Source: an uncultured bacterium (GTDB lineage Bacteria > Eisenbacteria > RBG-16-71-46 > JAFGJU01). Taken from it: a stretch of 64,000 nt of DNA. The notes under the pieces are model-generated. The model saw only the letters and a list, made by a program, of their open reading frames with translations, did no database searches and was not told where the DNA came from. How positions within the stretch are numbered: the first letter of the stretch is position 1; each line of letters opens with the position of its first letter. Below are positions 53,393-63,465 of this stretch, piece by piece. The position numbers were made by a program, and so were the translations under genes. The DNA is taken from assembly GCA_964570935.1 (NCBI GenBank), contig CAZMZP010000063.1:2603-66602 (forward strand), given 5' to 3'.

Positions 53393-55090
53393 ATGATTCT
53401 TCGGGTGCGTGTAACAGCAGCAGTTCTAATTCTGTGCGGAGTCGGCTTCTGCGTTCCGTCAGTCGTCAGTGCTGCCTGGCAGGTGAACGGCACGCCGGTC
53501 TGCAGTGCGTCGGGCGCGCAGTTCTCTCCCGCGGCATTCTCTGATGGCGCACACGGTGCTGTCGTGAGCTGGGTTGACGGACCGGATCTCCAATGGCGCA
53601 TCTTCTGCCAACGCGTAGATTCGGCGGGCGGCTCAGTCTGGGGCACGGGCGGCATCGAGGTCTTGTCCTTGGGGGAGTGGAACTTCTATCACGTCAATTC
53701 TGACGGCAGGGGAGGGCTCCTTTGCGGTTTTGGATGCGAAGGCGGCACGCCGTCCAACCCGTATGCGAGAGATGTCTGTATGAAACACGTGACATCCGCG
53801 GGAGTGCTGGAGACATGGCAGGCCGCGTGCACGGACACTAACGACCAGTACTACCCGTGGATTTGTCCGGCCAATGTCGGCTTCTATACGAATGCCTACG
53901 CCGCGTGGTACGACACCCGGAACAGTGACCTTCGTGTTTACCTGCAGGGCTGGAGCTCGGGTAACGTACTGTGGTCGGACGGACTGCTGGTCGGCGGATA
54001 TCCGGGGGCCGACTTGCAGAACCTCATGGCCTTTGCCAGCGAGGATGACGCGGCCATCGTGGCATGGGGCGACGACAGAAACGGAGACCGGGACATCTTC
54101 GCTCAGTGCGTGCTGCCTTGGAGCGGGTCGCCGCTCTGGGGAGAGTACGGCACGCCGGTTTTCGAGGGCGCGGGGACACAAACGCTCACAAGACTGGTCA
54201 CGGACGGCAACTCCGGGATGGTCGCACTCTGGTCCGACGCCTCGAAATATCTGTTCGCCCAGCGGCTGAACGCGTACGGCACGAAGATGTGGGGTGAGAA
54301 CGGCGACACGATCTCTGCGACCGGCAGCGCCGCGCGGGGTCAGCTCATCGCGGACGGGAAGGACGGAGGCATCTACTCCTGGAGAGAAGGCGCAAGTCCC
54401 GGTCCATACACTCTGCGCGTTCAGCGCATTGACGCCGCCGGGACTGAGCTCTGGGGTACTGATGGGGTCGCTGTTGCCTCGGGTTCGTCTGCCCAGATAC
54501 AGTACATCGCGAGTGATGGAGCGAGGGGTGTCATCGTCGCCTGGATTGAGCTTACCGGCAGCAACTATGTGGTCCGTGCCCAGCGCGTAGATTCGCTGGG
54601 TACATTAGCGTGGACTCCAGGCGTGGTGACAGTTCGCAGTCTGCCAAGCTTCGCGAACACGCCGTCTATTGTCTCGGACGGAAACCACGGCGCAATCATC
54701 GTATGGGAAGACCGTCGGAACGACGCCGGCGACATATATGCCGCGCGGATCGCAGCAGACGGCACCACGATCGACGTTGGTGCGAGTCCGGTCGGCGCCC
54801 CTCTCGTCACGCGCATCGAAGGAAACGTTCCCAACCCGTTCAATCCCGTGACCAAGATCGGGTTCACTCTGCGGGATGCCGGGCAGGCGCGGCTGTGCGT
54901 GTACGACATTTCGGGCAGGTTGGTGCGGGTGTTGAAGGAAGGCCTGCTTGACACAGGCAGACACGAGGTCGTGTGGGACGGCACTGACAGCGACGGCGGC
55001 CAAGTGGCCAGCGGAGTGTATATCTGTAGGTTGGAGGGGCCGCAGGTATCAAATGGGGCGCAGTCGAAGAAGGTGGTGGTAGTCCGATAG
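53393..55090 (+). CDS. secreted tandem-repeat protein, diverged paralog of the upstream giant, with a T9SS-type C-terminal domain
   Basis: Signal peptide AAVLILCGVGFCVPSVVSA. Degenerate copies of the same repeat (…IFAQCV…, YLFAQRLNAYGTKMWGENG, YVVRAQRVDSLGTLAWT). The CTD is nearly identical to that of the upstream gene. Confidence 0.7.
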   Translation: MILRVRVTAAVLILCGVGFCVPSVVSAAWQVNGTPVCSASGAQFSPAAFSDGAHGAVVSWVDGPDLQWRIFCQRVDSAGGSVWGTGGIEVLSLGEWNFYHVNSDGRGGLLCGFGCEGGTPSNPYARDVCMKHVTSAGVLETWQAACTDTNDQYYPWICPANVGFYTNAYAAWYDTRNSDLRVYLQGWSSGNVLWSDGLLVGGYPGADLQNLMAFASEDDAAIVAWGDDRNGDRDIFAQCVLPWSGSPLWGEYGTPVFEGAGTQTLTRLVTDGNSGMVALWSDASKYLFAQRLNAYGTKMWGENGDTISATGSAARGQLIADGKDGGIYSWREGASPGPYTLRVQRIDAAGTELWGTDGVAVASGSSAQIQYIASDGARGVIVAWIELTGSNYVVRAQRVDSLGTLAWTPGVVTVRSLPSFANTPSIVSDGNHGAIIVWEDRRNDAGDIYAARIAADGTTIDVGASPVGAPLVTRIEGNVPNPFNPVTKIGFTLRDAGQARLCVYDISGRLVRVLKEGLLDTGRHEVVWDGTDSDGGQVASGVYICRLEGPQVSNGAQSKKVVVVR

Positions 55091-55123
55091 ATCGCGGGAC
55101 ACGGGAAAACACGTCTGGGTAGG

Positions 55124-55153
55124 GGGTCGGCACTGCGCCGACCCTATTACTTT
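55124..55153 (+). terminator. rho-independent terminator
   Basis: GGGTCGGC-ACTGC-GCCGACCC, an 8-bp GC stem, followed by TATTACTTT. It lies 33 nt after the stop of the repeat-protein gene. Confidence 0.6.
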
Positions 55154-55452
55154 GACGGCCGTGGCGGTAATGCACAGCATTCTCCGTGTGTCGCTCGCAG
55201 GCCGTGTCGGTTCATGCCGGAGGTCGGAGTCGAACCGACACGGGCGCAGGGTAAGGAACGCAGGACGCCGCAAGCAGCAAGCCGCACACCGCAAGCCGCA
55301 CGCAGAACCCCACATATCTCCCACAGTCAGGCGGCATGACCGCTGCTCGGGCGTAAGGCTCTCCTTCGTAGGGCGCCAAGACACCAATCGTATGCGGTAG
55401 TAGGGGTTATTGCGCCCAATCTCCTTCAAGCTGCGAATTGTGACGAATGACA

Positions 55453-55481
55453 TTGACATAGAAGGTCACTAATGTTATAGT
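55453..55481 (+). promoter_or_regulatory. sigma70 promoter, TTGACA-N17-TATAGT
   Basis: Near-consensus elements in an AT-rich island. A tandem TTGACATTGACA. Predicted TSS about 270 nt upstream of the ATG at 55756. Confidence 0.55.
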
Positions 55482-55755
55482 GCAATTAGTGCGCTTACTA
55501 TCAGCTTTCCAACAAGTGATTAAACAGTCACATATATAGAAGATAAGGCCGGTCGCGCGCAACCGACCCTCCATGGAAGCATGTGAGAGGGCGGGGAATC
55601 ACATCGGCCGCGGCATCTTGATTCACGGCTGGGACTATGTCGAAGGAGGAGGTGATGTTGTCCGCCTGGCATCGCTTTGAACCCGGGTGCCAGGATAGTT
55701 GTGAGAGGAGTTGGATTATCATTGCTTTGGGTCGTGTGGAGGAAGGAGGCTTCCT

Positions 55756-56469
55756 ATGCGCAGAATGCTAATTGTGTTACTTATGCTTGCTCTTGTGGCG
55801 ACTCTTCCGGGGTGGGCCGGGGCCACTCCCGTAACCGGCACGTACTATTCGGCCTTCCGTGGAGGCGCCGTGCTCAACGGTCACGTCTCGGTCTCACGGC
55901 AGTTCCCCAATTCGGGCAACCCTAAGGTATTTCATGGCCAGTCGTGGAACGGCTCCGCACTGGGCACCCAGTGGGAGATTCGGTGTGGCGTGGAAACTAC
56001 CTCGGTTCCGCCGGACAGCACGAACTTCAACAAGATCACCGGCACAGGGGTGATCGTGTATCACCAGACCTTCCAGGGGGGAACATTCTCGCTCTATTAC
56101 GATGCGGCGGTGGGCTGGGGTTCCGGGTCGGGGACGTTGTTCACTACCTTGGCCACAACGCAGGTCACGTTTGTCAACTTCTTCCCCGTCGCTTCGAGCT
56201 TCACTGCTTACACCAGCGGCACGTTTGGCCCGCCGGACGGCAACTGCGCGCTCACTTTTGCCATGTCCAACGGGTTCGGGGTGGGGGAAACGCCATATCT
56301 GCAGAAGCCGGCGACCTACCCGACGTTCCTTGCCGCCGACTGCTCACCCGCTGACGCAAACCACCAGTTTGGCATCTGGGCCGACGCCAATGACATCATC
56401 GCCAATATCTTCTGTTCAATTCCAGTGCAGGACGACACGTGGGGGAGGATAAAGGCACTTTACAGATAA
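55756..56469 (+). CDS. secreted hypothetical protein ending in the TWGRIKALYR C-terminal tag
   Basis: RBS GGAAGGAGG. Signal peptide MRRMLIVLLMLALVATLPGWAGA. Thr/Gly-rich, no known domain. The last 10 aa match the protein at 1861..2568. Confidence 0.6.
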   Translation: MRRMLIVLLMLALVATLPGWAGATPVTGTYYSAFRGGAVLNGHVSVSRQFPNSGNPKVFHGQSWNGSALGTQWEIRCGVETTSVPPDSTNFNKITGTGVIVYHQTFQGGTFSLYYDAAVGWGSGSGTLFTTLATTQVTFVNFFPVASSFTAYTSGTFGPPDGNCALTFAMSNGFGVGETPYLQKPATYPTFLAADCSPADANHQFGIWADANDIIANIFCSIPVQDDTWGRIKALYR

Positions 56470-56513
56470 CCGACTTAGTGTTGTTTACCCCGGAGCTTCG
56501 TTGGTGAGGTTGG

Positions 56514-56538
56514 AGGGGCCGGCGTGACGCCGGCCCCT
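56514..56538. terminator. GC-rich hairpin between convergent genes (bidirectional terminator candidate)
   Basis: AGGGGCCGGC-GTGAC-GCCGGCCCCT, a 10-bp perfect stem. Sits between the stop at 56469 (+) and the stop at 56546 (-). Confidence 0.55.
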
Positions 56539-56545
56539 CTTGCCA

Positions 56546-59500
56546 TTATGCCCTCTTCGACCGCCGGTGCGCCAGCCTGTCCATCAAGCTGTACACGCAC
56601 GGGATCAGGAACAGGGTGAAGATGGTCGAGCAGAAGAGCCCGCCGATCGACGCGATGGCCATCGGCGCGCGGAACTCGGCAATCGCGCCGAAACCGAGGG
56701 CCAACGGCAGCATGGCGGCGATGGCGGCGATGTTCGTCATGACGATCGGGCGGAATCTGGTGGGGCAGGCCTCCAGCAATGCCTCGCGCAGGCCGCGGCC
56801 CCGTTTGCGTAGCGTGTTGGTGTAGTCTAGCATCAGGATTGCGTTGTTGACCACGATGCCCACCAGCATTATCAACGCCATTAGCGAGAATATGCTGACG
56901 GTCCGGCCCGTGACGAAGAGGCCCAGGAACACTCCGACCGCGCCCAGCGGAATCGTGAGCATTATCGTGAACGGGTGAACATAGGATTCCAGCATGGCGG
57001 CCATCAGCATGTAGGTGAGGACGATCGCCAGTATGAGGGCCTGGAAGAGCGAGCCGAATGACTCCTCCATCACCTCAGCCATTCCGCCGAAGTAGATTCT
57101 GTATCCGGACGGCACGTCGAGCTGGTCCGTCTTACCGCGTATCTGTCCCACCATCCCGCCGAGGCTGCCGCGAGCGATGTTCGCGCTCACAGTGACCATG
57201 CGCTGCCTGTTCTTCCGGACGACCTGCGTCGGCCCCTCGTCGTAGCTGACTGCGGCGAGCTCGGTCACCGGAACCATGTTGTCCCCGGCCTTGATCAGAA
57301 GAGCGCCCACCTTCTCCACGTTGCTTCTGTCGGCCTCGGCGAGCTTCACTCTGATGTCGTATTCTTCGTCCCTCTCCCTGTACTTGGAGGCGACCGTCCC
57401 GGTCAGAAAGCTGCGCGTCAGCATGGCCACCGTCGCGGTCGAGACTCCGTAGTCGGCGCACTTCTCGCGGTTCGGGATCACCTTTATCTCGGGTTTGCCC
57501 AGCCGCCAGCTTGTGTCCACGTCAACTGTGCCGGGGGTCTCCTCGACTATGGTGGCGACCCTGTTGGCCAGGTCGTTCAGGAGAGACATTTCGTTTCCCG
57601 TGACTTCTATCTGGATGTCCTTCTCTCCGCCTCCTCCCATCGTCGATGCAGTGTTCACGGTCAGCTTCGCCGACGGGATGTGAGTGAGCGCGGCCCTGAA
57701 GGCGTCGGCGATCTCCTTGTCGGTCCTGTGGCGCTCGGACTTGTTGACCAGGCGAACGAGCACGTCGCCAAGGTTCACGCCGCCCCCGACGCCCACCTCG
57801 CTCTCAGTGCTGCCGATGGACGAGAACACCGCGTCTGTTTCCGGAATCGACCTGACGACCTTCTCGACCTGCTCTATGGCCTTTTCTGTTTCAGTCAAGT
57901 TCGAGCCTACGGGCATCTCCAGAGTCACAGTTATCATGCCCTGGTCGGACTCGCCGAAGAACTCAGAACCGATGAGGGGGACCAGAGCCAGGCTCAGGAC
58001 GAACAGTCCGGCGCAGATCCCGACGACCCGCCACCTGCGGTTCAGCGACCAGTCGAGCGCAGTTCTGTATCCATGAGCGACTCTGTCGTAAGACGCATCC
58101 CACGCATTGAAGAACCTCTCCAGGAATGGAATTCCGAAATGAGCCGGCCCGGCCGACTTGGACTTGAGCATCTTGGACGCAAGCATCGGAGTCAGCGTGA
58201 ACGACACGATGAGCGAAACGAACGTGGCGAACGTCACCGTGAGGCCGAATTCCTTGAAGATCTGACCGATGATGCCGCGCATGAAGGCGATGGGCACGAA
58301 CACCACGATGTTCGTCAGAGTGGAAGCGAGCACGGCGAGCGCGATCTCGGACGTGCCTTCCTCGGCGGCCTCGGCGGGACTCTTGCCCATGTCCCTGTAC
58401 CGATATATGTTCTCCATGACCACGAGGGCGTTGGCCACCAGTATCCCTACGCACAACCCGAGTCCCATCAGTGTCATGGTGTTGATTGTGTAGCCCGCAA
58501 AATAGAGAAAGCTGTAGGTCGAGACGACCGACATGGGCATTGCGACGCCGGCTATCACGACGCCCTGCCAGCTGTGAACGAACAGGAAAAGCACGAGAGC
58601 GGTGAGAGCGATGCCCCAGACGATGCTGCTGTTCACGTCGGCCACGGAATCCTTGATGAAAGTCGACCTGTCCCTGGCCACTTCCATGCGCACGTCCGGC
58701 GGGAGCGTCTTCTTCAGCCGGTCTATCATCCGGTACACTTCGTTCGCGGCCTTGACTGTGTTGGCGTCGGAGCGCTTCTGAAGGGTGATGCCCACGGTCT
58801 CTTCGCCGTTGAACCGCGCCATCTCGCGGACCTCTTCGTAGGTGTCCTCGACCGAGGCGATGTCGCCGAGGCGTATGGGGGGGCCTCCTTCCCTCTGGAC
58901 CAGCACGTTCCTTATCTCGTCTACATTGGCGAACTCTCCTTCGACCCTCACGCCGTATTCCTTGGCCTCCTGAACTATGTGGCCGCCCGGAATGTTCAGG
59001 TTCTCGGCGGCTATGGCGGCGACCACCTCCATTATCGAGAGGCCGTAGCCCTTGAGCTTTTCCTTGCCGACGGAGACCAGGATTTCGCGCTTCCTGCCGC
59101 CCACCACGCTTATCGCGGCCAGGCCCTCCACCTTGGACAGCTCGAGCTTTATGGTCCTGTCGGCGATTTCGTAGGTCTCCTGAAGAGGACGCTTGCTCGA
59201 CACGGAGAGGTTCATGATGGGGTAAGCGCCGAAGTCGAACTTACTGATGGTGGGCGCCTCCACGTCCTCGGGTAGCTCTCCCAGGATCGCGTCCAGCTTC
59301 TCCTTCACGTCGATGGCCGCGAAGTCCACTTCGGTCTCGAGGGTGAATTCTATCAGGACGACCGAAACGCCCTCTTGCGAGTAAGACCAGATGTTCTTGA
59401 GGCCGGACGTGGCGCTGACCGCGTCTTCGATGGGCTTAGACACCAGAGTCTCTATTTCCTCGGGACCCGCCCCCGGGTACACGGTGACGACGCTCACGTA

Positions 59501-59629
59501 AGGGAACTCGATTTCGGGCATAAGGTCTATCGGAAGCCGGACGTATGAGAAAACGCCGATGACCACAAACAGCAGGAGCATCATTGTCACGAGGACTGGT
59601 TTTCGGACCGAAAGTTGTGCGAGGAACAT
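56546..59629 (-). CDS. RND family efflux transporter permease (AcrB/CzcA-like)
   Basis: 1027 aa, 12-TM plus large periplasmic loops. N-terminus LAQLSVRKPVLVTMMLLLFVVIGVFSYVRLPIDLMPEIEFPYVSV. Confidence 0.9.
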   Translation of the reverse strand: MFLAQLSVRKPVLVTMMLLLFVVIGVFSYVRLPIDLMPEIEFPYVSVVTVYPGAGPEEIETLVSKPIEDAVSATSGLKNIWSYSQEGVSVVLIEFTLETEVDFAAIDVKEKLDAILGELPEDVEAPTISKFDFGAYPIMNLSVSSKRPLQETYEIADRTIKLELSKVEGLAAISVVGGRKREILVSVGKEKLKGYGLSIMEVVAAIAAENLNIPGGHIVQEAKEYGVRVEGEFANVDEIRNVLVQREGGPPIRLGDIASVEDTYEEVREMARFNGEETVGITLQKRSDANTVKAANEVYRMIDRLKKTLPPDVRMEVARDRSTFIKDSVADVNSSIVWGIALTALVLFLFVHSWQGVVIAGVAMPMSVVSTYSFLYFAGYTINTMTLMGLGLCVGILVANALVVMENIYRYRDMGKSPAEAAEEGTSEIALAVLASTLTNIVVFVPIAFMRGIIGQIFKEFGLTVTFATFVSLIVSFTLTPMLASKMLKSKSAGPAHFGIPFLERFFNAWDASYDRVAHGYRTALDWSLNRRWRVVGICAGLFVLSLALVPLIGSEFFGESDQGMITVTLEMPVGSNLTETEKAIEQVEKVVRSIPETDAVFSSIGSTESEVGVGGGVNLGDVLVRLVNKSERHRTDKEIADAFRAALTHIPSAKLTVNTASTMGGGGEKDIQIEVTGNEMSLLNDLANRVATIVEETPGTVDVDTSWRLGKPEIKVIPNREKCADYGVSTATVAMLTRSFLTGTVASKYRERDEEYDIRVKLAEADRSNVEKVGALLIKAGDNMVPVTELAAVSYDEGPTQVVRKNRQRMVTVSANIARGSLGGMVGQIRGKTDQLDVPSGYRIYFGGMAEVMEESFGSLFQALILAIVLTYMLMAAMLESYVHPFTIMLTIPLGAVGVFLGLFVTGRTVSIFSLMALIMLVGIVVNNAILMLDYTNTLRKRGRGLREALLEACPTRFRPIVMTNIAAIAAMLPLALGFGAIAEFRAPMAIASIGGLFCSTIFTLFLIPCVYSLMDRLAHRRSKRA

Positions 59630-59641
59630 TCTTCGATTACC

Positions 59642-60709
59642 TCATTCCGCTTCGACTATGTTCACTGTCTCCCCACCCCTGAGGAGCTCGTATCCCTTCA
59701 CGACGATGCGGTCGCCGGGCTTGAGTCCTTCCACCACCTCGACTACTCGTGCGTTAGTGAGGCCCAGTGTCACGCGACGCAGCTCGGCCGTGCCGTTCGC
59801 GGCAACCATGAACACGCTGAGCCGGCCGTCCCTGGTAACGATGGCCTGTGTCGGCACGACTATGGCGTCCTTCCTGTGGGCCGCCTGAACGGCGACGGTC
59901 GCGAACGAGCCGGGCTTCAAAACCCGCGAGGTGTTGTCCGCCGTGACCTCGACCCTGAAAGTCCTGGTGTCCGGGTCGGCCGACGACGAGATCATAGTCA
60001 CGGTTCCGGGGATTTCTCCGCCTTCGGCGGTGCGTACGAACGCCGGGGCGCCTGCGGAAAGTTCCTGAAGGTCCGCCCCGCTGGCCTTCACAATGACCTT
60101 CACCCTGTCGTACCTGGCCACCGTGCAAACGACCGCGCCGACTCCGACCGTCTCTCCTTCGGTCACGTTCACTGACGTGACCACGCCGTCAATGGGAGAG
60201 ATGACTTCGACGATTGACCTGGCCGCCTCGAAATTCGCGCGGGCGACCTCGAGACCCGTCTGGGCCTTCTCGAACATCTGTTCGGAAATCGCTCCCTGCT
60301 CGAGCAGCGCCTGCATCCTGGCGAAGTCCTTCTCGGCGTCATCCAGGGCGGCCTTCGCCTGCCTGTACTGAGCAGTGGGGTTGCTGGTGTCGAACGCGAC
60401 CAGGACCTGTCCCTTGCTGACGCGCTGCCCAACGGAAGCGCCCACCCGCACCACTCGCTCGGTGGTCTTGCTGATGAGGTCCGACTGGACGATGCCCTGA
60501 ACGGTGCCGGTCAGCTCTATCGACTCGGATATGCCGCCAACGCCGACGGTGTCTATCGAGACCGGGATGCCCTGCTGGCTCTGGAGCTCCGCTATGCTCT
60601 TGGTCGCGGGTTTCCTGGCCTGCTGCCAGAATCGGTTCCCGACCACCACGGCCAGAACCGCGACTATAACCACGACGATTATCGTGTTTCTCTTTGACGT
60701 TCTTTTCAT
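59642..60709 (-). CDS. RND efflux periplasmic adaptor (membrane fusion protein, HlyD family)
   Basis: N-terminal anchor, coiled-coil hairpin, lipoyl/beta-barrel segments. Positioned between the OMF and RND genes. Confidence 0.85.
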   Translation of the reverse strand: MKRTSKRNTIIVVVIVAVLAVVVGNRFWQQARKPATKSIAELQSQQGIPVSIDTVGVGGISESIELTGTVQGIVQSDLISKTTERVVRVGASVGQRVSKGQVLVAFDTSNPTAQYRQAKAALDDAEKDFARMQALLEQGAISEQMFEKAQTGLEVARANFEAARSIVEVISPIDGVVTSVNVTEGETVGVGAVVCTVARYDRVKVIVKASGADLQELSAGAPAFVRTAEGGEIPGTVTMISSSADPDTRTFRVEVTADNTSRVLKPGSFATVAVQAAHRKDAIVVPTQAIVTRDGRLSVFMVAANGTAELRRVTLGLTNARVVEVVEGLKPGDRIVVKGYELLRGGETVNIVEAE

Positions 60710-60775
60710 TTGTCGAGATCTCCTCCGGTTGTCATCAGTGCTGCGGCACCGGACGCCCCGTGGGCGCTCCGCGCA

Positions 60776-62155
60776 TCACTCAAGCGTCGCGCCGGTGGCC
60801 CGTTCCATCTCGGCCACGGCCATGAAATGCTCGTACACAGCCATGAAATAGTTTGTGCGCGCCGTGGTCAGCGACACCTGCGCATCGAGCAGCTCGAGCT
60901 GAGTGCCGACGCCGTTCTTGTAACGGATGTCGGCGATGTCGAGGCCCTTCTGCGCCTGTTCCACGGACGCGACCTGTGAATCCATCAGTTTTCTTGCCTC
61001 GGCCAGCTTCGACACTGCCTGCTCGACCTCGAGCCGGACCCCGTCCAGGGTCTGGGCGGAGAGCAAGCGGGACTGTTCGTACTGCGCCTTCGTCTGCTTT
61101 ATCTTGCCCTTGGTCCTCAGGCCGTCAAAAATCGGGAAGGAAAGGTCCACCGTGGCGGACCACATCTTTGTGCGCCACTCCCGGTCGTCGAACTTCGGCT
61201 CTTCGGTCTCCAGGAAGGCGCTTCCGACGAACGAGAGACTGGGATACCTGTCCGCTCTTGCCACGTCTAAAGCTGCCTTCATCCCGTCCACGCGGAGCCG
61301 GGCCGCGGCAAGCTCGTTGCGCTTCTGCTGGGCCCGCGCGAAGGCCTCTTCCACCGAGGTCTCAACGGGCTTTCGCTCGAGAGCCCCCTCGGGCCTGACC
61401 TTTTCGTCCGCGGACAGCCCCAGCGTGTTTCTGAACACTATGAGTGCGCGGTCGAGCTCGTTATCGGCCTTGATGCTGGCCGGCACGAGCTGCGCCACCT
61501 GGACTCTCGCGCGGATGAGCTCGTACTCGGACGCGACTCCCTGCTTGTACAGCTGCTCGACGTTCTTGAGGTGCGCTTCGGCAAGCTCGAGCGACTGCTT
61601 TGCCAGCCCGGACATCTCCTGCGCAAGCAGCACGCCCCCGAACGTCGCCTTCACGGCGAACGTCACTTCCTTGAAGGTGGCCTCGAGGTTCTCGCGGGCG
61701 TAGCCCCGCGCGGCCTTTGCAGCCCGCATGGCGGCGCCCACGCGGCCGGCCGTGTATATGGGCTGGAGAAGCGTGACTCCGGCTTTGTAGTACTTGTCGT
61801 CCAGGTCAAACGTGAACCCCTCGTTGCCACCGTAGTTCACCTTGCCCTCCGTAATCAGGTACTGCGTGTAGCCGCTAAGGTTCGGAAGCGCGGTGGAGCG
61901 CGCCTGGGTGACCTGGGCGTTCATGCTCTCGACTTCCTGTCTCTGGATGAGCACTGCCTTGTTGTTGGCCAGCGCCAGGTCGACGCTCTCCTGGAGGCTC
62001 AGTTTCTTTGTGCCGCTGTCTTCCGCGCCGTCTAGCGCGGCGGCCCACGCCCCGGACCGGCCGGGTGAGCAGACAACCATGAGCGCGCAGACCGCGACAA
62101 ATGCCATCCGCCACATTCCCCCAAGTCGGCTCGTCTTGATTCGCGTTACGTTCAT
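60776..62155 (-). CDS. TolC-like outer membrane efflux protein (OMF)
   Basis: Signal peptide MWRMAFVAVCALMVVCSPGRSGA, then two OEP repeats. Start trimmed to the ATG at 62155; the track ORF carries a 112-aa Arg-rich false extension. Confidence 0.8.
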   Translation of the reverse strand: MNVTRIKTSRLGGMWRMAFVAVCALMVVCSPGRSGAWAAALDGAEDSGTKKLSLQESVDLALANNKAVLIQRQEVESMNAQVTQARSTALPNLSGYTQYLITEGKVNYGGNEGFTFDLDDKYYKAGVTLLQPIYTAGRVGAAMRAAKAARGYARENLEATFKEVTFAVKATFGGVLLAQEMSGLAKQSLELAEAHLKNVEQLYKQGVASEYELIRARVQVAQLVPASIKADNELDRALIVFRNTLGLSADEKVRPEGALERKPVETSVEEAFARAQQKRNELAAARLRVDGMKAALDVARADRYPSLSFVGSAFLETEEPKFDDREWRTKMWSATVDLSFPIFDGLRTKGKIKQTKAQYEQSRLLSAQTLDGVRLEVEQAVSKLAEARKLMDSQVASVEQAQKGLDIADIRYKNGVGTQLELLDAQVSLTTARTNYFMAVYEHFMAVAEMERATGATLE

Positions 62156-62205
62156 CCGGTGTGTCCCTTCGTGTGGTTGCTGAGACCGTGCATGCGAGAG
62201 CGTCC

Positions 62206-62829
62206 TCAGGCCTTCCCCAGTCCGTCGAAAAGTACGTCGCAGATCATTCGACCCTCTTGCTCGGGAGACGGCTTCACTCCGTAGAACTGCCAGTAGAGAC
62301 TCACCGCGTGGAGTATGGCCACGAACACGTGGGCCACTTTTCGCGGGTCCACGCTCCTGATCAGCCCCTTTTCCGCGGCCAGCGCGAACGTCTCTTCCAG
62401 GAGCTCCGTGTACCTGGCGTACTTTTGCATCATCAAGGTGCGAATGCTGCCCCTCATTTCCTTGCTCTGAAACACGTCCTCGGCGGCGCAAACCCTGAGT
62501 AGATAACGGTGCTTCGCGAAATGCTTGAGCTGCTCAACGGCTATGGCCCTTATTCTCGCGCGGGGGTCGAGCTTGCCGGAGGTCGCGCGCACGACTATCA
62601 GGAGCTGCTCGTCTATAGCGTCCTCGAACACCGCCCTCATCAAGTCGGCCTTGCTGGCGAAATACGAGTACAGTGTGGCCTTACCCAACCCGGCTTCGAC
62701 GGCAATCATGTTGAGGGACGCCTTGTGGAATCCCCTTCGCGAGAACACACTCCTCGCCGCGGCGAGAATCTGCTTCCTCGTCCTCGCACGTTCCCTTTCC
62801 CGCCAGGTGAGGCCGTCTGATTTCTTCAT
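62206..62829 (-). CDS. TetR/AcrR family transcriptional regulator
   Basis: HTH: ILAAARSVFSRRGFHKASLNMIAVEAGLGKATLYSYFASK. First gene of the efflux operon. Confidence 0.85.
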   Translation of the reverse strand: MKKSDGLTWRERERARTRKQILAAARSVFSRRGFHKASLNMIAVEAGLGKATLYSYFASKADLMRAVFEDAIDEQLLIVVRATSGKLDPRARIRAIAVEQLKHFAKHRYLLRVCAAEDVFQSKEMRGSIRTLMMQKYARYTELLEETFALAAEKGLIRSVDPRKVAHVFVAILHAVSLYWQFYGVKPSPEQEGRMICDVLFDGLGKA

Positions 62830-63465
62830 GTCATCCGCTCCATGCCCACTCGCCGCGTGGCGCTCCCGACAGGAATGCGCACGCGGCGGCCGCTGCCGCG
62901 CTCATACTTGTGACTGTTCCTCGACCGGTCGGTCGAGAATCGACCGCACGGTCCATAATTCTAGCGGCCAAACCGTGCGCACGTCAAGGCGTTTTTTCTG
63001 GGCCCGGCGATCGACGCCCTGGGTGCCGGCGGCTCGTGTTCTGCGCGGGGTCGACGGCGTCCGTAGCGCTGGGGATTCTGCCCGTGCTGTGCGGGACGCA
63101 TCAGTCTCGGTTAACTCCTTAAGACTCGGCCTGATACGGCCCTCTCGCCGGTCGGACACGGGCGGATTACATCAGTATGGCGGGCGCCCGGCCGGGTCGG
63201 CCGGCGAGCAGTGCGACTGAAATTTGTTGTCTGACAGCAGGATGGCGGTCTTTGGTGGAATGTGGCACGTATGTTGTATTCACTCATCCCTGCTGCAAGC
63301 GCTAGCTTTAACTCGGAAAGGAGGTGACTCCCGGCGCCGGCGGGACCGGGCAGGCATCAAGACTTGGGGCCGGGGCCTCGGCGGAGAACCAAAGGATACG
63401 GGTGGTGGCTTGACGGGTCGCGTCTGACAGGATTGACCGTTTGAAGGAGACCGGGGAGGTCGAAC

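Noticed and set aside
55204-55260. tRNA-like T-arm sequence (GTCGGTTCGACTCCGAC on the minus strand)
   Set aside because: No complementary acceptor stem, D-arm or anticodon arm could be folded around it. Treated as a simple 10-bp inverted repeat hairpin instead.
55049-55459. 136-aa minus-strand ORF in the long intergenic region
   Set aside because: It runs across the terminator hairpin and promoter elements and has low-complexity Arg/Cys-rich composition. The region is more likely non-coding.
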